Source: an uncultured Lachnospiraceae bacterium (GTDB taxonomy: Bacteria; Bacillota; Clostridia; Lachnospirales; Lachnospiraceae). From it: DNA of 64,000 bases. The notes under the pieces were generated by a model. It was not told the DNA's origin. It made no database searches and was given only the letters and a program-made list of their open reading frames with translations. The stretch is taken from NCBI GenBank assembly GCA_944377405.1, contig CALWES010000005.1, positions 78,901 through 142,900 on the forward strand. The letters run 5' to 3'. A program made the translations under genes and the position numbers. This document shows positions 17,458 through 25,436 of this stretch, one piece after another. The first letter of the stretch is position 1, and each line of letters begins with the position of its first letter.

Positions 17458-19849
17458 GGCATTCGTCGAAAACATCATATATCACAATGAACAGAATCAC
17501 TACTCTGTACTCGAACTGAGTCAGGGTAGTGATGTTTTTACTGCGGTAGGGATCCTGCCGGGCATAAGCCCCGGAGAGACCCTGGAGGCAGAGGGGGAAT
17601 ATACCACCCATCCCACCTACGGAAGGCAGTTTGCCATAAGCTCCTTCCAGATCGCAGCCCCGGAGGACGCAGGGGCCATGGAACGCTATCTTGCGGGAGG
17701 CTCCCTCAAGGGGGTGGGGCCGGCCCTGGCCGCCCGTATCGTAAAGCGCTTCGGAGAGGATACCTTCCGGATCATGGAGGAGGAACCGGAGCGGCTTTCG
17801 GAGATCAAGGGCATCAGCGAGAAGATGGCTATGGACATCGCCGGACAGATGGAGGCGAAACGGGGGATGCGGGACGCAGTGATGTTCATGCAGGGCCTTG
17901 GCATCAGCGGAAAGCTGGGGACCAGGATCTATGACCGCTACGGACCGGCCCTCTATACGGTGCTCCGTCAGAACCCCTATCAGCTGGCGGAGGACATCGA
18001 GGGGGTGGGATTCCGGCTGGCGGACAGCATCGCCGTCCGCTCCGGAATCCCCCGGGATTCGGAGTTCCGGATCCGCTGCGGGATCGAATACACCCTTATG
18101 GCAGGGATCGGAGCGGGCCATACCTGGCTGCCCCGCAGGATGCTGCTGGACTCCGCGGCGGAACTTCTGCAGCTATCCCGGAAGGAGGTGGAGGAGCAGC
18201 TTCTGGATCTGCAGATCCGGGACCGGATCCGGATCCTGGGAGACGGAGAGGAGATCTACCTTTCCTCCTATTATTACATGGAGCAGAACTCGGCCCTGAT
18301 GCTGAAGGCCCTCAATATCCGGGGAGAGCGGGAGGAAGCCCATGTGGAACGAAGACTCCGGCAGCTCCAGAAGGAGACGGGGATACAGCTGGATGAGAAG
18401 CAGCAGGAGGCGGTACGGGAGGCGGTGTCCAACGGAGTTCTGATCATCACCGGAGGCCCGGGCACCGGAAAGACCACCACCATCAACGCTCTGATCCGGT
18501 ATTTTTCCCAGGAGGGCCGCAGCATCATGCTGGCAGCCCCCACGGGGCGGGCCGCCAAGCGGATGACGGAGGCCACGGGCTGGGAAGCGAAGACCATTCA
18601 CCGGCTCCTGGAATATACGGGGACCCCCTCCGAGGAGGAGGGAGACCGCAGGTCCGAGGATCCCCGCTTCCTGCGGAACGAATCGGACCCTCTGGAGGCG
18701 GATGTGCTGATCATCGACGAGATGTCCATGGTGGATATCTGGCTGATGCATGCGCTCCTGAAGGCGGTGACTCCGGGCACCCGGCTGATCCTTGCGGGGG
18801 ACGCCAACCAGCTGCCCAGCGTGGGAGCGGGAAACGTGCTGAAGGATATGATCGCCTCCGGCCATTTCAATGTGGTGGAGCTGACCCATATCTTCCGCCA
18901 GGCGGCCATGTCCGATATCGTGGTGAACGCCCACAGGATCCATAAGGGGGAGCCTGTGGACCTGGGGAAGCCCAGCCGGGACTTCCTGTTTATCCGCGAG
19001 AAGGACCCGGACAGGATCGCAGGGGACATAGAGACTCTCCTTGTGAAAAAGCTTCCGGATTATGTGGGAGCAGCCGTATCGGAGCTTCAGGTCCTGACCC
19101 CCACGAGAAAGGGAGTCCTTGGGGTGGAGAACCTGAACCGGAGGCTCCAGGCCTGCCTGAACCCGCCGAATCCGGAGAAGCCGGAAAAACAGTCCGGAGA
19201 CTTTACCTTCCGTCTGGGAGATAAGGTCATGCAGATCAAAAATGACTACGAGATCCCCTGGGAGGTCCGGAACGGCAGGGGGATCGCGGTGGAGAAGGGG
19301 ACCGGAGTCTTTAACGGAGATATGGGCGTGATCACGGAGATCAACCGGTATACGGACAGCCTTACGGTCCGCTTTGATGAAGACAGATATGTGGAATATG
19401 ACGGCCGCCATCTGCCGGAGCTGGAGCCGGCCTATGCGGTGACCGTACATAAATCCCAGGGCAGTGAGTATCCCGCGGTGATCATCCCCATGTACCCGGG
19501 ACCTCACATGCTGATGAACCGGAACCTGCTGTATACGGCAGTCACCAGGGCAAAAAGCTGTGTCTGCCTGGTGGGACAGCCGGCGGTCTTTGAAGAAATG
19601 GCGGGAAACGAAAGGGAGAACCGCCGGTATTCAGGACTTTGCCAGCGGATCCTGGAAGTATATGAAGGCTTTGTTCCTAAGGAGGGACCGGAGCCTGGAT
19701 GCCGGGAAAGGGACCAGGATGGATCTGAGGAGAGATCTGTGGCAGGGCCGGGGGACGGCCCTCTTTCAGGAGCTCCTGTTTCCCCGCAGGTGCCCAGTGT
19801 GCGGCGGCCTTCCGGAGAAAGCCGGGGAGCTGATCTGCAGGGTCTGTGA
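17447..19849 (+). CDS. recD2: SF1B ATP-dependent RecD2-like DNA helicase
   Basis: Walker A GGPGTGKTT, Walker B LIIDEMSMVD, VHKSQGSEY, LYTAVTRAK. ATG 17447 (MRIKAFVENI...) overlaps the mreB stop. The C-terminal ~65 aa are low complexity and overlap comFC. Confidence 0.88.
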   Translation: MRIKAFVENIIYHNEQNHYSVLELSQGSDVFTAVGILPGISPGETLEAEGEYTTHPTYGRQFAISSFQIAAPEDAGAMERYLAGGSLKGVGPALAARIVKRFGEDTFRIMEEEPERLSEIKGISEKMAMDIAGQMEAKRGMRDAVMFMQGLGISGKLGTRIYDRYGPALYTVLRQNPYQLAEDIEGVGFRLADSIAVRSGIPRDSEFRIRCGIEYTLMAGIGAGHTWLPRRMLLDSAAELLQLSRKEVEEQLLDLQIRDRIRILGDGEEIYLSSYYYMEQNSALMLKALNIRGEREEAHVERRLRQLQKETGIQLDEKQQEAVREAVSNGVLIITGGPGTGKTTTINALIRYFSQEGRSIMLAAPTGRAAKRMTEATGWEAKTIHRLLEYTGTPSEEEGDRRSEDPRFLRNESDPLEADVLIIDEMSMVDIWLMHALLKAVTPGTRLILAGDANQLPSVGAGNVLKDMIASGHFNVVELTHIFRQAAMSDIVVNAHRIHKGEPVDLGKPSRDFLFIREKDPDRIAGDIETLLVKKLPDYVGAAVSELQVLTPTRKGVLGVENLNRRLQACLNPPNPEKPEKQSGDFTFRLGDKVMQIKNDYEIPWEVRNGRGIAVEKGTGVFNGDMGVITEINRYTDSLTVRFDEDRYVEYDGRHLPELEPAYAVTVHKSQGSEYPAVIIPMYPGPHMLMNRNLLYTAVTRAKSCVCLVGQPAVFEEMAGNERENRRYSGLCQRILEVYEGFVPKEGPEPGCRERDQDGSEERSVAGPGDGPLSGAPVSPQVPSVRRPSGESRGADLQGL

Positions 19850-20573
19850 GGAGGGGATTCCCTATATCAAGGGCAGGGCCTGCAGGAAGTGCGGAAAGCA
19901 GCTGGCAGAACAGGAGGAGACCCTTTGTAAAAGCTGCAGGAAGCATGAAAGAAGCTTCCTGGTGAACCTCTGCCTTCTGAATTATGACGGCGTTACGGCG
20001 GAGATGATGGCGGGCCTCAAGTACCATGGGAAAAAGGAGTACGCCGACGGCATTGCCTGGCTTTTGTGGCGGTATCTGGGAACGGAGCTTCGGATCCTGG
20101 CGCCGGAGGCCCTGGTGCCGGTGCCTGTCCACAGGAAACGCCGGAAAAAGAGGGGCTACAATCAGACGGAGGCCATCTGCCGTTCCCTGTCGGCCTTCCT
20201 GTCGGAGGACCGGGCGGTTCTTATGGCCATGGGCCTCTCGGAGGAGATGCTCCGGGAGGTGGCCCGGATCAACCGCCTTCAGAGGCGGCGGGCAGAAGGA
20301 GAGGGCCGGAAAGGGCAGTTTCCGGTGAGAACAGATCTTCTGCTGCGGGTAAAGAACACCGAGGCCCAGAAAAAGCTCTCTGCGCCGGAGCGGCTTCTGA
20401 ACCTCCAGTCCGCCTTCCGGGGAACGGAGGCGGCTTCGGGGGTGGAGACTGTGCTCCTTCTGGATGATATCTATACCACAGGGGCCACCATGGAGGCCTG
20501 TACCAGGGCACTCCTTGCGGCCGGGGTCCGGCAGGTATACGGACTTTGTGTCTGCGCAGGGGCAGATGTATAG
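19719..20573 (+). CDS. comFC: ComF-family phosphoribosyltransferase-fold protein (ComFC)
   Basis: N-terminal zinc ribbon (CPVCGG...CRVC...CRKCG...CKSC) and PRT motif LLLDDIYTTGAT. The start could instead be ATG 19662. Confidence 0.8.
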   Translation: MDLRRDLWQGRGTALFQELLFPRRCPVCGGLPEKAGELICRVCEEGIPYIKGRACRKCGKQLAEQEETLCKSCRKHERSFLVNLCLLNYDGVTAEMMAGLKYHGKKEYADGIAWLLWRYLGTELRILAPEALVPVPVHRKRRKKRGYNQTEAICRSLSAFLSEDRAVLMAMGLSEEMLREVARINRLQRRRAEGEGRKGQFPVRTDLLLRVKNTEAQKKLSAPERLLNLQSAFRGTEAASGVETVLLLDDIYTTGATMEACTRALLAAGVRQVYGLCVCAGADV

Positions 20574-20645
20574 AAGCCCTTTGGAGCGCTCCGGGAAAAA
20601 GAAGGAAAATGCAGAAAAAAAGAGGGATTTTCCCGGAAAAAGCGA

Positions 20646-20674
20646 TTGACGGGAACCGCCGCTTATGGTATGCT
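20646..20674 (+). promoter_or_regulatory. Promoter-like element upstream of rpmG-secE-nusG
   Basis: TTGACG, 17 nt spacer, TATGCT with TGg extended -10. Confidence 0.45.
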
Positions 20675-20684
20675 TATACGGCAT

Positions 20685-20708
20685 GAGAGGGGCGAGCCCC
20701 CTTTTTTC
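20685..20708 (+). terminator. Terminator-like hairpin plus T6 (comFC terminator and/or rpmG leader attenuator)
   Basis: GAGGGG-CGAG-CCCCC stem followed by TTTTTT. Confidence 0.55.
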
Positions 20709-20778
20709 GTGCACGTTTTATCAATCGGATGAGCGGAGACCGCATCATCGCAGAGAAATATTTGGGAGGTGAATAACC

Positions 20779-20937
20779 GTGGCTACAAAGCGTACCAAAA
20801 TCATTCTGGCTTGTACCGAGTGCAAACAGCGTAACTATTTTCTTACAAAGGAGAAGAAGCTTCATCCGGACAGAATGGAAGTAAACAAGTACTGCAGATT
20901 CTGTAAGAAGCACACACCGCACAAGGAGACAAAGTAA
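20779..20937 (+). CDS. rpmG: 50S ribosomal protein L33
   Basis: Not in the ORF track (52 aa). GTG start 7 nt after GGGAGGTG. Translation is [52 protein letters not shown], with the CxxC...CxxC zinc-ribbon form of L33. Confidence 0.9.
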   Translation: MATKRTKIILACTECKQRNYFLTKEKKLHPDRMEVNKYCRFCKKHTPHKETK

Positions 20938-21146
20938 TGGCTGATGATGCAAAGAAGCTTTCGCTCTTTGGAAGAATTGGTCACTTCTTTGACGGAGTGA
21001 AGGCGGAGTACTCCAAGATCATTTTCCCCAACAGAGAGACCCTGCAGAAGCAGACGATCGCAGTGGTGATCGTAAGCCTCCTGATCGGAGCGCTGATCTT
21101 TGTGCTGGATTTCATCATGAAGTACTTACTGGGATTTGTGTTATAA
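20937..21146 (+). CDS. secE: Preprotein translocase subunit SecE
   Basis: 69 aa with a single C-terminal TM. The start overlaps the rpmG stop (TAATG). Conserved rpmG-secE-nusG order. Confidence 0.88.
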   Translation: MADDAKKLSLFGRIGHFFDGVKAEYSKIIFPNRETLQKQTIAVVIVSLLIGALIFVLDFIMKYLLGFVL

Positions 21147-21162
21147 GAAACGAGGTTAGAAC

Positions 21163-21690
21163 ATGGCAGATACTAATTCCGAAGCGAAATGGTATGTGGC
21201 TCATACCTATTCCGGCTATGAGAATAAAGTAAAAGTCGACCTTGAAAAGACCATTGAGAACAGAAACCTTCAGGACAAGATTCTCGAAGTTGCCGTACCG
21301 GTCCAGTCCACTGTGGAACTGAAGAACGGCGTCGAGAAGAAGGTCGATAAGAAGATGTTCCCGGGGTATGTGCTTGTTCATATGGTTATGAACGACGAGA
21401 CCTGGTATGTCGTCCGCAACACCAGAGGCGTTACCGGCTTCGTAGGGCCGGGATCAAAGCCCGTGCCCCTGTCTGAGGACGAGATCAAGATGCTGGGAAG
21501 CCATGAGCAGGAGATCGTTATCAACTTCGAGGAAGGCGACACCGTCATTGTGACGCAGGGCGCATGGAAGGATACGGTCGGCGTGATCAAGGCTATCAAC
21601 CCGTCCAAGCATTCCGTTACCATCAACGTGGAGATGTTCGGACGTGAAACACCTGTTGAATTATCATTTGCAGAAGTAAAGAAGCTGTAA
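21163..21690 (+). CDS. nusG: Transcription termination/antitermination factor NusG
   Basis: KWYVAHTYSGYENKV NGN domain and C-terminal KOW (GDTVIVTQGAWKD). Confidence 0.95.
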   Translation: MADTNSEAKWYVAHTYSGYENKVKVDLEKTIENRNLQDKILEVAVPVQSTVELKNGVEKKVDKKMFPGYVLVHMVMNDETWYVVRNTRGVTGFVGPGSKPVPLSEDEIKMLGSHEQEIVINFEEGDTVIVTQGAWKDTVGVIKAINPSKHSVTINVEMFGRETPVELSFAEVKKL

Positions 21691-21756
21691 AGCAGCTTTT
21701 TACGATACAGGTGGGAGGGTGTAAACCCCCGCTATTACCACAAGGAGGTGCCTATT

Positions 21757-22182
21757 ATGGCAAAAAAAGTTACAGGATACATCAAGTTACAGATTCCTGC
21801 CGGCAAAGCTACACCGGCTCCGCCAGTTGGTCCGGCTCTCGGACAGCATGGCGTTAACATCGTTGAATTCACAAAGCAGTTCAACGCAAGGACCGCGGAC
21901 CAGGGAGATCTGATCATCCCGGTTGTGATCACCGTTTATGCGGACAGAAGCTTCAGCTTCATCACAAAGACCCCGCCGGCAGCAGTCCTGATCAAGAAGG
22001 CCTGCAAGCTTAAGAGCGGTTCCGCAGTTCCCAACAAGACCAAGGTCGCAACTATTTCCAAGGCTGACCTTCAGAAGATCGCGGAAACCAAGATGCCTGA
22101 TCTTAACGCAGCAAATGTCGAGGCGGCTATGTCAATGATCGCCGGAACCTGCAGAAGCATGGGCGTTACCGTTGAAGAGTAA
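21757..22182 (+). CDS. rplK: 50S ribosomal protein L11
   Basis: [38 protein letters not shown] 21757 follows GGAGGTG. Confidence 0.95.
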   Translation: MAKKVTGYIKLQIPAGKATPAPPVGPALGQHGVNIVEFTKQFNARTADQGDLIIPVVITVYADRSFSFITKTPPAAVLIKKACKLKSGSAVPNKTKVATISKADLQKIAETKMPDLNAANVEAAMSMIAGTCRSMGVTVEE

Positions 22183-22196
22183 GGAGGCAGCTGAGA

Positions 22197-22892
22197 ATGA
22201 AAAGAGGAAAAAGATATCTTGAGGACGTGAAGAAGTTCGATCGCGCCGCTCAGTATGACAAGGAAGAGGCTATCAAGATCGTCAAGGCAAACGCTACCGC
22301 AAAGTTTGACGAGACCATGGAGCTTCACATCAGAACCGGCTGTGACGGAAGACGTGCAGACCAGCAGATCCGCGGAGCTGTTGTTCTCCCCCACGGAACC
22401 GGTAAGACCGTTCGCATCCTGGTATTCGCTAAGGGACCGAAGGCTGACGAGGCCCTGGCAGCAGGTGCAGATCACGTTGGAGCAGAGGAGCTCATCCCGA
22501 AGATCCAGAACGACGGATGGCTTGACTTTGATATCGTTGTTGCAACTCCGGACATGATGGGCGTTGTAGGACGTCTTGGTAAGGTGCTGGGTCCCAAGGG
22601 CCTGATGCCGAACCCGAAGGCCGGAACGGTTACCATGGATGTGACCAAGGCCATCAACGAGATCAAAGCCGGTAAGATCGAGTACAGACTCGACAAGGCA
22701 AACATCGTTCACGTTCCCTTCGGTAAGGCTTCCTTCACCGAGGAGCAGCTGGGAGACAACTTCCAGGCCATCATGGACGCCATCAACAAGGCTAAGCCCC
22801 AGGCTCTTAAGGGTGCTTACTTAAAGAGCGTTACCATGACTTCTACCATGGGCCCGGGCGTTCGCATGAACGTTTCCAAGCTGACGAACTAA
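22197..22892 (+). CDS. rplA: 50S ribosomal protein L1
   Basis: MKRGKRY...[12 protein letters not shown]...VVLPHGTGK. Confidence 0.95.
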   Translation: MKRGKRYLEDVKKFDRAAQYDKEEAIKIVKANATAKFDETMELHIRTGCDGRRADQQIRGAVVLPHGTGKTVRILVFAKGPKADEALAAGADHVGAEELIPKIQNDGWLDFDIVVATPDMMGVVGRLGKVLGPKGLMPNPKAGTVTMDVTKAINEIKAGKIEYRLDKANIVHVPFGKASFTEEQLGDNFQAIMDAINKAKPQALKGAYLKSVTMTSTMGPGVRMNVSKLTN

Positions 22893-22898
22893 TTTGCG

Positions 22899-22927
22899 TT
22901 GACATTTCCCACAGGGGATGTTAATAT
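22899..22927 (+). promoter_or_regulatory. Sigma-A promoter for rplJ-rplL
   Basis: TTGACA, 17 nt spacer, TAATAT. Confidence 0.6.
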
Positions 22928-22933
22928 ATAAAA

Positions 22934-23096
22934 GTTATAACTGCCGAAGACAGCAGGTGGCGTAAGCCGTAAGTGGAAACGCCTGCCGAGGACATAACTC
23001 ATACGAGAGATGATGACTGCCCTCCGTGCTTTGGCCCGGAGGGTGTCTTTTGTTAGAACGCAGTTATACTTCTATAATAAAACAGGAGGTATAAAC
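22934..23096 (+). promoter_or_regulatory. rplJ (L10) ribosomal-protein leader with attenuator hairpin
   Basis: ~160-nt structured leader between the promoter and rplJ. Contains a CCCTCCG...CGGAGGG hairpin (23020-23043) followed by TGTCTTTTGTT. Position and layout match the Firmicute L10 leader. Confidence 0.6.
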
Positions 23097-23636
23097 ATGG
23101 CAAAGGTAGAACTGAAGCAGCCTATCATCGATGAGATCAAGGCAATGCTTGACGGCGCACAGTCCGCAGTCGTTGCAGAATATCTTGGCATTACTGTTGA
23201 GCAGGACACAAAGCTTCGTAAAGAGCTTCGTGAGAACGGCGTCCAGTACAAGGTATTCAAGAACACCCTCATCAAGAGAGCAGCAGAAGGAACCGATTTT
23301 GCTCAGCTGGATCCGAACCTCGTTGGACCCACCGCACTTGCAGTATCCAAGACCGATGCAACTGCACCGGCCCGCATCATTGCAAAGTATGCGAAGGACA
23401 TCGAGTGCCTGAACTTAAAGGCCGGTGTCATTGAGGGAACCTACTACGATCAGGCTGGCATCCAGACCATCGCTACCATTCCGGGAAGAGAGGAACTTCT
23501 TTCCAAGCTTCTTGGATCTCTCCAGTCACCCATCACCAATCTGGCACGTGTACTCAACCAGATCGCAGAGAAGGGCGGAGAAGGAGCAGCAGCAGAAGCA
23601 GCTCCGGCAGCAGAGGAAGCACCGGCAGAGGCTTAA
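23097..23636 (+). CDS. rplJ: 50S ribosomal protein L10
   Basis: MAKVELKQPIIDEIK... ATG 23097 follows GGAGGT. Ala/Glu-rich C-terminal tail. Confidence 0.93.
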   Translation: MAKVELKQPIIDEIKAMLDGAQSAVVAEYLGITVEQDTKLRKELRENGVQYKVFKNTLIKRAAEGTDFAQLDPNLVGPTALAVSKTDATAPARIIAKYAKDIECLNLKAGVIEGTYYDQAGIQTIATIPGREELLSKLLGSLQSPITNLARVLNQIAEKGGEGAAAEAAPAAEEAPAEA

Positions 23637-23751
23637 GCCTGAGGGTGCATCCCCAATCATCGTCTTCGGAAGAAGGACGGCGTAAACAGGAAAAGGCCGC
23701 ATAGCGGCAGAGAAAAAGAGTTTAGATCTGAAAAATACGGAGGAAATTATC

Positions 23752-24126
23752 ATGGCAAAGATGACAACAGCTGAGTTTATCGAAGCTATCAAGGAAATGT
23801 CTGTACTTGAGCTGAATGAGCTCGTAAAGGCTTGCGAGGAAGAGTTCGGCGTATCTGCAGCAGCAGGCGTAGTTGTAGCAGCAGCAGGCGCTGGCGCAGC
23901 AGCAGCTGAGGAGAAGACCGAGTTTGACGTAGAGCTGACCGAGGCTGGCGCAAACAAGATCAAGGTTATCAAGGTCGTTCGTGAGATCACCGGACTTGGC
24001 CTGAAGGAAGCTAAGGACCTGGTTGAGGGCGCTCCGAAGAACGTTAAGGAAGGCGCTTCCAAGGAAGAGGCTGAGGACATCAAGACCAAGCTTGAGGCTG
24101 AGGGCGCAAAGGTTACCCTTAAGTAA
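23752..24126 (+). CDS. rplL: 50S ribosomal protein L7/L12
   Basis: N-terminal dimerisation helix, Ala-rich hinge, C-terminal domain [25 protein letters not shown]. Confidence 0.95.
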   Translation: MAKMTTAEFIEAIKEMSVLELNELVKACEEEFGVSAAAGVVVAAAGAGAAAAEEKTEFDVELTEAGANKIKVIKVVREITGLGLKEAKDLVEGAPKNVKEGASKEEAEDIKTKLEAEGAKVTLK

Positions 24127-24152
24127 TCGACTTTCTATCAGCATGTTTTTAA

Positions 24153-24190
24153 GCGGTTCAGAGAGATCTGGACCGCTTTTTGCTTTTTAT
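24153..24190 (+). terminator. Rho-independent terminator after rplL
   Basis: GCGGTTC...GGACCGC hairpin followed by a long T-run. Confidence 0.85.
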
Positions 24191-24295
24191 TTTTTTCTTT
24201 AATGTTCCTTTAATTTTCCCCATTTATGATATAGCCATAAGAAAAAGAACTGAGGATCCGGAAGGATCATAAACAGAGAAACGGAGGAAATAGGG

Positions 24296-24874
24296 ATGAA
24301 GAAAAGACTTATCGTAACAGGACTTGTGGCAGGCGCACTGGCGGCAGCGGCAGCCATGACGGCAGTGGCAGCGGAGATCAGCGGGGACCGGGCCATGGAG
24401 ATCGCCCTGCAGCATGCTGAGGTCTCAGAGGAAAAGGTGCTCTTCAGCAAAGTGGAGAAGGACTGGGATGACGGACGGATGAGCTACGAGGTGGAGTTCC
24501 TGACGGAGGAAGGAAAGGAATATGACTATGAGATCGCCGCGGCAGACGGAAGAGTCCTGAGCTATGACTATGACGCAGAAGCCTATGGCGACCGGGACCG
24601 GGAGAGAAATCGGAAGCAGGACCGGAAGGACCGGGGAGCTGTCTCTGTGGCAAAGGAGGATCTGCTCTCAAGGGATGAGGCCCGGAAAAAGATCCTCGAC
24701 CATGCAAAGCTTTCTGCAGATGACGTGGAATTTGTGATGATCGAGTCGGATTGGGACGACGGCAGAGCAGTTTATGAGGGAAAATTCTATTACGACCGTA
24801 TGGAATACGAGTTCGAGATGGACGCCTCCACAGGTAAGATCCTGGAATTTGACGTAGAGAGCATTTACGACTGA
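24296..24874 (+). CDS. Secreted/anchored protein with two PepSY domains
   Basis: Signal/anchor MKKRLIVTGLVAGALAAAAAM. Two repeats of the A..IAL.HA....v.f.k.E.DwDDGr..YEvEF....EYdyEIda.tG.iL pattern. Confidence 0.8.
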   Translation: MKKRLIVTGLVAGALAAAAAMTAVAAEISGDRAMEIALQHAEVSEEKVLFSKVEKDWDDGRMSYEVEFLTEEGKEYDYEIAAADGRVLSYDYDAEAYGDRDRERNRKQDRKDRGAVSVAKEDLLSRDEARKKILDHAKLSADDVEFVMIESDWDDGRAVYEGKFYYDRMEYEFEMDASTGKILEFDVESIYD

Positions 24875-24908
24875 TGGCAATGGACCATTAAAGGATGAAG
24901 GAAAAGAA

Positions 24909-24936
24909 CGCCGGGGCAGCTGCCCCGGCGTTTTGT
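24909..24936 (+). terminator. Rho-independent terminator after the PepSY gene
   Basis: CGCCGGGGC-AGCT-GCCCCGGCG hairpin followed by TTTT. Confidence 0.85.
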
Positions 24937-24937
24937 G

Positions 24938-24966
24938 ATGACTTTTTTCCTGCGGGATGGTATAAT
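24938..24966 (+). promoter_or_regulatory. Promoter-like element for the thioredoxin-fold gene
   Basis: ATGACT, 17 nt spacer, TATAAT preceded by TGg (extended -10). Confidence 0.45.
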
Positions 24967-25020
24967 ATTGCCTCAGTGAGGAGAAAACAAATGTTAATTT
25001 TTTAAAAGGAGTGAAAACTT

Positions 25021-25305
25021 ATGAGAAAAGTCATTTTATACGGTACCGGTACGTGAGGCGGCTGCCCCGCAGTGAAAGAGGTTCTTTCCGAAAACAACAT
25101 CAAGTACATGTACATGGACGTCTGCGAGAGCGTAGGGAAGCTGAAGCAGTTTCTGACCATCCGGGACACGGATCCGGCCTTCGAGGAGGTACGGAAGGAG
25201 CACAGGGTGGGGATCCCCTGTCTTGTGATCGATAATGATGTGATCCTGGTCCAGGGAGCGGATCATGCCCGGGAACTGGTGGAAAAATACCAGTTAAAGG
25301 GTTAA
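25021..25305 (+). CDS. Glutaredoxin/NrdH/thioredoxin-like protein with in-frame UGA (candidate selenoprotein, U-G-G-C motif); alternatively a pseudogene
   Basis: AAGGAG RBS 8 nt before ATG 25021. The frame is continuous with the 25072 ORF through TGA 25054-25056. Sec falls at the first position of the CxxC site. Thioredoxin-fold features KVILYG and GIPCLVID are present. Confidence 0.6.
25070..25090 (+). promoter_or_regulatory. Candidate bacterial SECIS hairpin
   Basis: G25072-C25089, bulged U25073, GAAAGA/UCUUUC stem, GGU apical loop 26-28 nt from the U of UGA. Confidence 0.45.
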
Positions 25306-25344
25306 AAAACCCCAAAAAGTCAGCAAACTGATAGGAATTTAACG

Positions 25345-25373
25345 TTGAAATCAGGGAATCCCTGTGCTAAACT
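25345..25373 (+). promoter_or_regulatory. Promoter-like element for the phnD-like operon
   Basis: TTGAAA, 17 nt spacer, TAAACT with TGc extended -10. Confidence 0.5.
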
Positions 25374-25436
25374 TAAAAGCGGGTGTGGGCGGAGAAAAAG
25401 AAAAAACGCCTGAACAGACACCCGAAGGAGGAAAAT

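Noticed and set aside
20674-20952. 92-aa - strand ORF covering the comFC-secE gap
   Set aside because: The opposite strand encodes an unmistakable L33 (rpmG) with a good RBS, in conserved rpmG-secE-nusG synteny.
23560-23915. GCAGCA/GCTGCA-rich repetitive stretches, with a similar one at 44990-45070
   Set aside because: They encode the Ala/Glu-rich tail of L10, the flexible Ala-rich hinge of L7/L12, and the lipoprotein linker of MglB. They are not tandem-repeat loci or CRISPR arrays.
25011-25235. 74-aa + strand ORF in another frame over the thioredoxin-fold gene
   Set aside because: It has no RBS and an Arg-rich nonsense-like translation. The frame containing the UGA gives a coherent thioredoxin fold.
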